From Candidatus Aenigmatarchaeota archaeon (GTDB taxonomy: Archaea; Aenigmatarchaeota; Aenigmatarchaeia; GW2011-AR5): 64,000 nucleotides of DNA. This document shows, one piece after another, positions 60,352-64,000 of the stretch. Made by a program: the position numbers and the translations under genes. Numbering within the stretch: the first letter of the stretch is position 1; each line of letters opens with the position of its first letter. The stretch spans positions 171,632 to 235,631 of the forward strand of contig JACPDL010000003.1 of NCBI GenBank assembly GCA_016184005.1, read 5' to 3'. The notes beneath the pieces were generated by a model that was given only the letters and a program-made list of their open reading frames with translations, did not search any database and was not told the origin of the DNA.

Positions 60352-61302
60352 ATGGAAGAGATATGGACAGAAAAGTACAGGCCCAGATACCTCAAGGATC
60401 TTGCTGGCCAGCAGCATGTTGTGAAGCGGCTGGAGTCCTTTGTGAAGAACAAATCACTGCCTCACTGCCTCTTTGCCGGGCCCGCAGGCGTTGGAAAAAC
60501 CACTTGTGCATTATGCATTGCGCAGGAGTTCTTTGGCAATTCATGGAAGAGCAATTTTCTCGAGCTTAATGCATCAGATGAGCGCGGAATAGACACAATC
60601 AGAGTCAAGGTGAAGGATTTCGCAAGAACAATGCCAATAGGCGGCTCCTTCAAGATAATTTACCTGGACGAAGCAGATTCCCTGACAAAGGATGCCCAGC
60701 ATGCGCTGCGCAGGACCATGGAAAGTTATGCGGCCACGTGCAGGTTCATACTCGCCTGCAATTACAGCAGCAAAATAATACCGCCGATCCAAAGCAGGAC
60801 GGTTATTTTTCGCTTCCATCCTCTTGGCAAAGAGGACATGGAAAACTGCCTGAAAAAAATAGCAAAAGAAGAAAAGCTGAAAGCAGACGATGGCTCTTAC
60901 AAAGCTATACTGCATGTAGCTGAAGGCGACATGAGGAAGGCAATTAATATACTGCAGACATCCGCAGCACTGGACGGAAAGATAACGGAGAAGGAAGTCT
61001 TTGCAGCAACAAGCCATGCAGATCCGGAAAGGGTAAAGAGGATGCTTTCCCTTGCAATTGAAGGCAAATTCAAGGAAGCCAGAAAAGAGCTTACGTCACT
61101 GCTCTTCGAGGAAAGCCTTGCGGGCGAGGACGTGATCAAGGAGATATATTCACAAACAGTCAAGCTCGATATCGATGACAAGAAAAAACTCCAGCTTATT
61201 GAAAAGATCGGCGAATATGAATTTCGCCTGACAGAAGGCAGCAATGCCCAGATCCAGCTTGAGGCGCTGCTCGCGCAGATGGCGCTAGCGGGGAAGAACT
61301 AG
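60352..61302 (+). CDS. rfcS: Replication factor C small subunit
   Basis: Walker A GPAGVGKTT, DEAD box DEADSLT, SRC motif, clamp-loader C-terminal domain; no intein. Confidence 0.9.
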   Translation: MEEIWTEKYRPRYLKDLAGQQHVVKRLESFVKNKSLPHCLFAGPAGVGKTTCALCIAQEFFGNSWKSNFLELNASDERGIDTIRVKVKDFARTMPIGGSFKIIYLDEADSLTKDAQHALRRTMESYAATCRFILACNYSSKIIPPIQSRTVIFRFHPLGKEDMENCLKKIAKEEKLKADDGSYKAILHVAEGDMRKAINILQTSAALDGKITEKEVFAATSHADPERVKRMLSLAIEGKFKEARKELTSLLFEESLAGEDVIKEIYSQTVKLDIDDKKKLQLIEKIGEYEFRLTEGSNAQIQLEALLAQMALAGKN

Positions 61303-61376
61303 TTCTTAATCAGTATTTTAATATTTTAATTAGAAGGGAGGGTTAATAAGGAAGGGAAACTAGTTTCCCACCTTAT

Positions 61377-61561
61377 GCCGAGGTAGTTCAGCGGTAGAAC
61401 GCCACGCTCATAAAGGCTTTTCTTTTAAAAAAGAAAACCCTGGAAAAGAAACAGAAATAAAAATTGGAAAGAAAACTTTCAAGAATTATGAGCTTTGAGA
61501 TGCTTTGCATCAGTGATAATGAGAAACGTGGAGGTCGTGAGTTCGAACCTCATCCTCGGCA
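61377..61561 (+). tRNA. tRNA-Met (anticodon CAT, elongator-type) with a ~113-nt intron (61414-61526)
   Basis: Acceptor GCCGAGG/CCTCGGC; D-arm GTTC-AGCGGTA-GAAC; anticodon stem CCACG/CGTGG; loop CTCATAA; T-arm GTGAG-TTCGAAC-CTCAT; discriminator A. Confidence 0.7.
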
Positions 61562-61635
61562 TTCTGATTGATAGAATTATCAGACAATCCTGCCGGACGC
61601 AGGATTGCCTTGATTATAAAAAGACATTAAAAAAC

Positions 61636-61845
61636 TTACTTTTCCGCCCCGACTACAATCTTCTCTTTTTCCAAAGGCACAGTTTTCTGGAGTTTTGTAG
61701 GCAGCACCCAATACATGCGCGAGAAGTCATAAATGAGGTTCTCGCCGTCAGTTGTTACTTCGCACATATCGAGAATTATTATCTTCATTCCAATGTCTAG
61801 CACTTCTTTCTCGAAGACCTTTTTCTTTATCTTCAGCATTCGCAT
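61636..61845 (-). CDS. Small hypothetical protein (69 aa)
   Basis: Intact ORF downstream of FtsZ direction; no family. Confidence 0.3.
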   Translation of the reverse strand: MRMLKIKKKVFEKEVLDIGMKIIILDMCEVTTDGENLIYDFSRMYWVLPTKLQKTVPLEKEKIVVGAEK

Positions 61846-61880
61846 CTTTCAGCACCTTTCAGGATCTTTCAGGAGGTATC

Positions 61881-62135
61881 GGAACCTTGGTTCTGATTAT
61901 TAAAGGAAATTGGCGGACGCGTAATACAGGCGAGAATCGCCTGTGGCCAAACTTGTTGACCTTCGTGAAACACAAAATTTGGACGTTGACGCTTTTCTCC
62001 TGTGCATCTTTTCGTCGTGCATTTGTGTTTTTCACCCGTCCGCCAATCCATTTTGGAACACAAATAAAAAATTCGTGCCCATGTGAAGCCCGAGTTCGCT
62101 GGCGATCACTATAAAGAGGAAGAAACCAAGGTTTC
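61881..62135. ncRNA. Candidate ~255-nt structured non-coding RNA (identity unknown; SRP RNA is one possibility)
   Basis: Nested long-range complementarity: ggaaccttggttc (61881-93) with gaaaccaaggtttc (62122-35); ttggcggacg (61910-19) with cgtccgccaa (62037-46). Internal hairpin acaggcga-gaat-cgcctgt. Overlapping ORFs have non-protein-like (Arg-rich) composition. Confidence 0.3.
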
Positions 62136-62262
62136 TTCCCTCTACCCTTCTTCCTTCCCAGTGGATCTGCTTTTTTTCTGCCTGATGATGTTACCCTTTC
62201 CGTTAAGAAAGGGGAATTGATGATATGATGACAATAAATGAGGGAGTTTCCTCCCAAATTTC

Positions 62263-63291
62263 CTAAACAATGATCTCTATTCCAAGATCGTCTTTCTTGC
62301 TCTTTGGCACAGCGTAGTGTGGTACTGTTTTCCCAAGGATGTATGGCGATTTTACACCAGTTATGATGGTTATCACCTGTATCTTTCCTGAGAACTCAGG
62401 CACAACCCTTGCGCCCCACATGACGAGCGCCTCAGGGTCCATATGCTGTGATACCGCTTCCCCTATTGTGTTAATTTCTTCCAGCTTCATGTCTTCGCCG
62501 CCGATGATCTGTATCATGGCGCCTGTTGCACCGGAGTAATCAACGTCCAACAGCGGATGGTTCAGGGCTTTCTGAACAGCCTCCTTTGCACGGTACTGTG
62601 AGTCGCTCTCACCTACGCCTATCGTAGCAACGCCGCCGGATCGCATTATCGTTCTCACGTCTGCGTAATCCAGGTTTACCAGCGATGGCTGTGATATGGT
62701 TTCGGTTATGCCCTTAATCATCGTCGCAATCAAGCCGTCTGAGACGCCAAAGGCCTCTTTTAGTGGCCTGTTGCCAGCAAGTTCTACGAGCTTCTGGTTC
62801 TCTATTACGATAACCGTGTCGCAGACCTCACGAAGCTTTGCAAGGCCTTCTTCAGCCTTGATTATCCTTGCGCCTTCTATCTTGAACGGAAGCGTCACTG
62901 CAGCTATTACAATGGCTCCCATTTCCTTAGCAAGGTAAGCAACCACAGGCGCAGCGCCTGTGCCTGTACCGCCGCCGAGACCGCACGTAATGAACAACAG
63001 ATCGACTCCCTGAAGAACCTGTCTGATGTCATTCTTGCTCTCCTCCGCAGCTTTCTTGCCAACGTCCGGATAGCCGCCCGCGCCAAGACCGCGCGTGAGT
63101 TCTCTGCCGAGAAGAATCTGCTTGCCGGCTTTTGTCACCGAAAGGTGCTTTGCATCCGTGTTTGCAGCAACCGTAGCTGCACCGGTAATTCCCATTTCTG
63201 TGAGGCGATTAACAGTATTGCAGCCGCCTCCGCCGCAGCCCATCACTACAATGTGGGCCTGTTCCACCTGAAAGTTGTCTAAATCCTGCAT
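62263..63291 (-). CDS. ftsZ: Cell division GTPase FtsZ
   Basis: Tubulin signature GGGTGTG and FtsZ N/C domains; GGAGGG Shine-Dalgarno-like motif 8 nt upstream of the ATG. Confidence 0.9.
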   Translation of the reverse strand: MQDLDNFQVEQAHIVVMGCGGGGCNTVNRLTEMGITGAATVAANTDAKHLSVTKAGKQILLGRELTRGLGAGGYPDVGKKAAEESKNDIRQVLQGVDLLFITCGLGGGTGTGAAPVVAYLAKEMGAIVIAAVTLPFKIEGARIIKAEEGLAKLREVCDTVIVIENQKLVELAGNRPLKEAFGVSDGLIATMIKGITETISQPSLVNLDYADVRTIMRSGGVATIGVGESDSQYRAKEAVQKALNHPLLDVDYSGATGAMIQIIGGEDMKLEEINTIGEAVSQHMDPEALVMWGARVVPEFSGKIQVITIITGVKSPYILGKTVPHYAVPKSKKDDLGIEIIV

Positions 63292-64000
63292 TTATTATCC
63301 CTCCAAATTTTTTTCGCGAAATTTTGTTGCGCATTATTTTCTTCGTTTTTTACAATCTATACGATGCCCAATAGAAAACCTTAATATAGAGGTTCCCTAT
63401 ACAACATCTACTTCAGAAAAAGACCAACCAACTGAGTGTAACTCCGAGTTCGTGAAGAACTCGGTGCTTTACTCTTTTTACAGTCCCTTAAATACTTTTT
63501 TATAAGCGGGTATATGTGTTCAAAAAATTACACGACAACCCACATTTCTCAAAAAACAACAGCTGGTTGTGTTCCGCCATCAAAAGGATACAACTTATAT
63601 GGAACCTGTGGGTATTTTTGGCTTACACCGGGGGTTTCAGTCGCTATTTTCCTTCCCAAGAACCACATCCACAACTTCACGATACTTCTTGCTGTTGTGT
63701 TTTTTCATCTTTCTTGCTCGGGAGATTTTATCCGCAACATTGCTTAAAACTGCTGTCTTTTCTGCAAAGGATTTCTTCAAAATCCTTTGAGAAATCCAAA
63801 TCAAGCTTTGCTTGATTTAGGATTAGACAGCAGATACAAGGAAGAACAGAGTTCTTCCTGTACAGGTGAAACTTGTTTCACCATGTATTACATAAACAAT
63901 GTTGGGATGACATGCTCTCAGAAACCCACGACTTTTCTGCAAAGGACTTCAGAAAAGTCCTTTTGCATAGAAAATCTGTAGGATTTTCTAATGAATTTAG

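Noticed and set aside
61495-61800. 101-aa plus-strand ORF
   Set aside because: Begins inside the tRNA-Met intron and 3' exon and overlaps the small minus-strand gene. Spurious.
61859-62257. 132-aa minus-strand ORF and 120-aa plus-strand ORF (61752..62114)
   Set aside because: Arg/Lys-rich non-protein-like composition. The region shows nested RNA-like complementarity instead, so it is called a candidate ncRNA.
1-64000. CRISPR array or rRNA genes
   Set aside because: No regularly spaced direct repeats with unique spacers and no rRNA-like conserved stretches were seen. The short repeats present are palindromic and dispersed, not arrayed.

Overview
This 64 kb window looks archaeal: it carries S4e, L19e, L32e, aSUI1, Rpp29, aRF1, an RFC small subunit and intron-containing tRNAs. 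A small-genome lineage is an inference, not shown. Positions 1.7-18.7 kb on the minus strand hold the conserved ribosomal-protein cluster L3-L4-L23-L2-S19-L22-S3-L29-SUI1-Rpp29-S17-L14-L24-S4e-L5-S14-S8-L6-L32e-L19e-L18-S5-L30-L15-SecY. Unusually, that cluster is interrupted by at least 8 non-ribosomal genes: a CheY-like receiver, a MazG-like NTPase, a SAM methyltransferase and several small unknown ORFs. The rest contains housekeeping genes: NAD kinase, GMP synthase, CMP kinase, a class I aaRS (probably ValRS), aRF1, TatD, PCMT, PurE, PurC, RFC and FtsZ. Interleaved with these are accessory blocks: a secreted PKD-repeat protein, a tandem paralog pair, a glycoside hydrolase, a bacterial-type sigma54-activator AAA+ protein, toxin-antitoxin pairs, a Cys-rich repeat surface protein with a DsbD-like and a transglutaminase-like neighbour, and an AT-rich island next to tRNA-Ala. 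The most interesting candidates are five. (1) A circularly permuted tRNA gene (3' half encoded upstream of 5' half) flanked by decayed vestiges of a tandem duplication. (2) An AT-rich tRNA-Ala-adjacent island with a translationally coupled PIN-like plus PD-(D/E)xK nuclease pair and a short att-like direct repeat. (3) Several families of short palindromic MITE-like repeats, one inserted in frame inside a CDS and one fused to a methyltransferase start with a 19-bp duplication. (4) A conserved hairpin module ending ...AAAGAAAGGGATTTGTT directly on start codons. (5) An intein splitting aRF1 right after its catalytic GGQ motif. There is also a candidate ~255-nt structured ncRNA and a tRNA-Met with a ~113-nt intron. 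No CRISPR array and no rRNA were seen. Coordinates I derived by hand (not from the ORF track) may be off by 1-2 nt.
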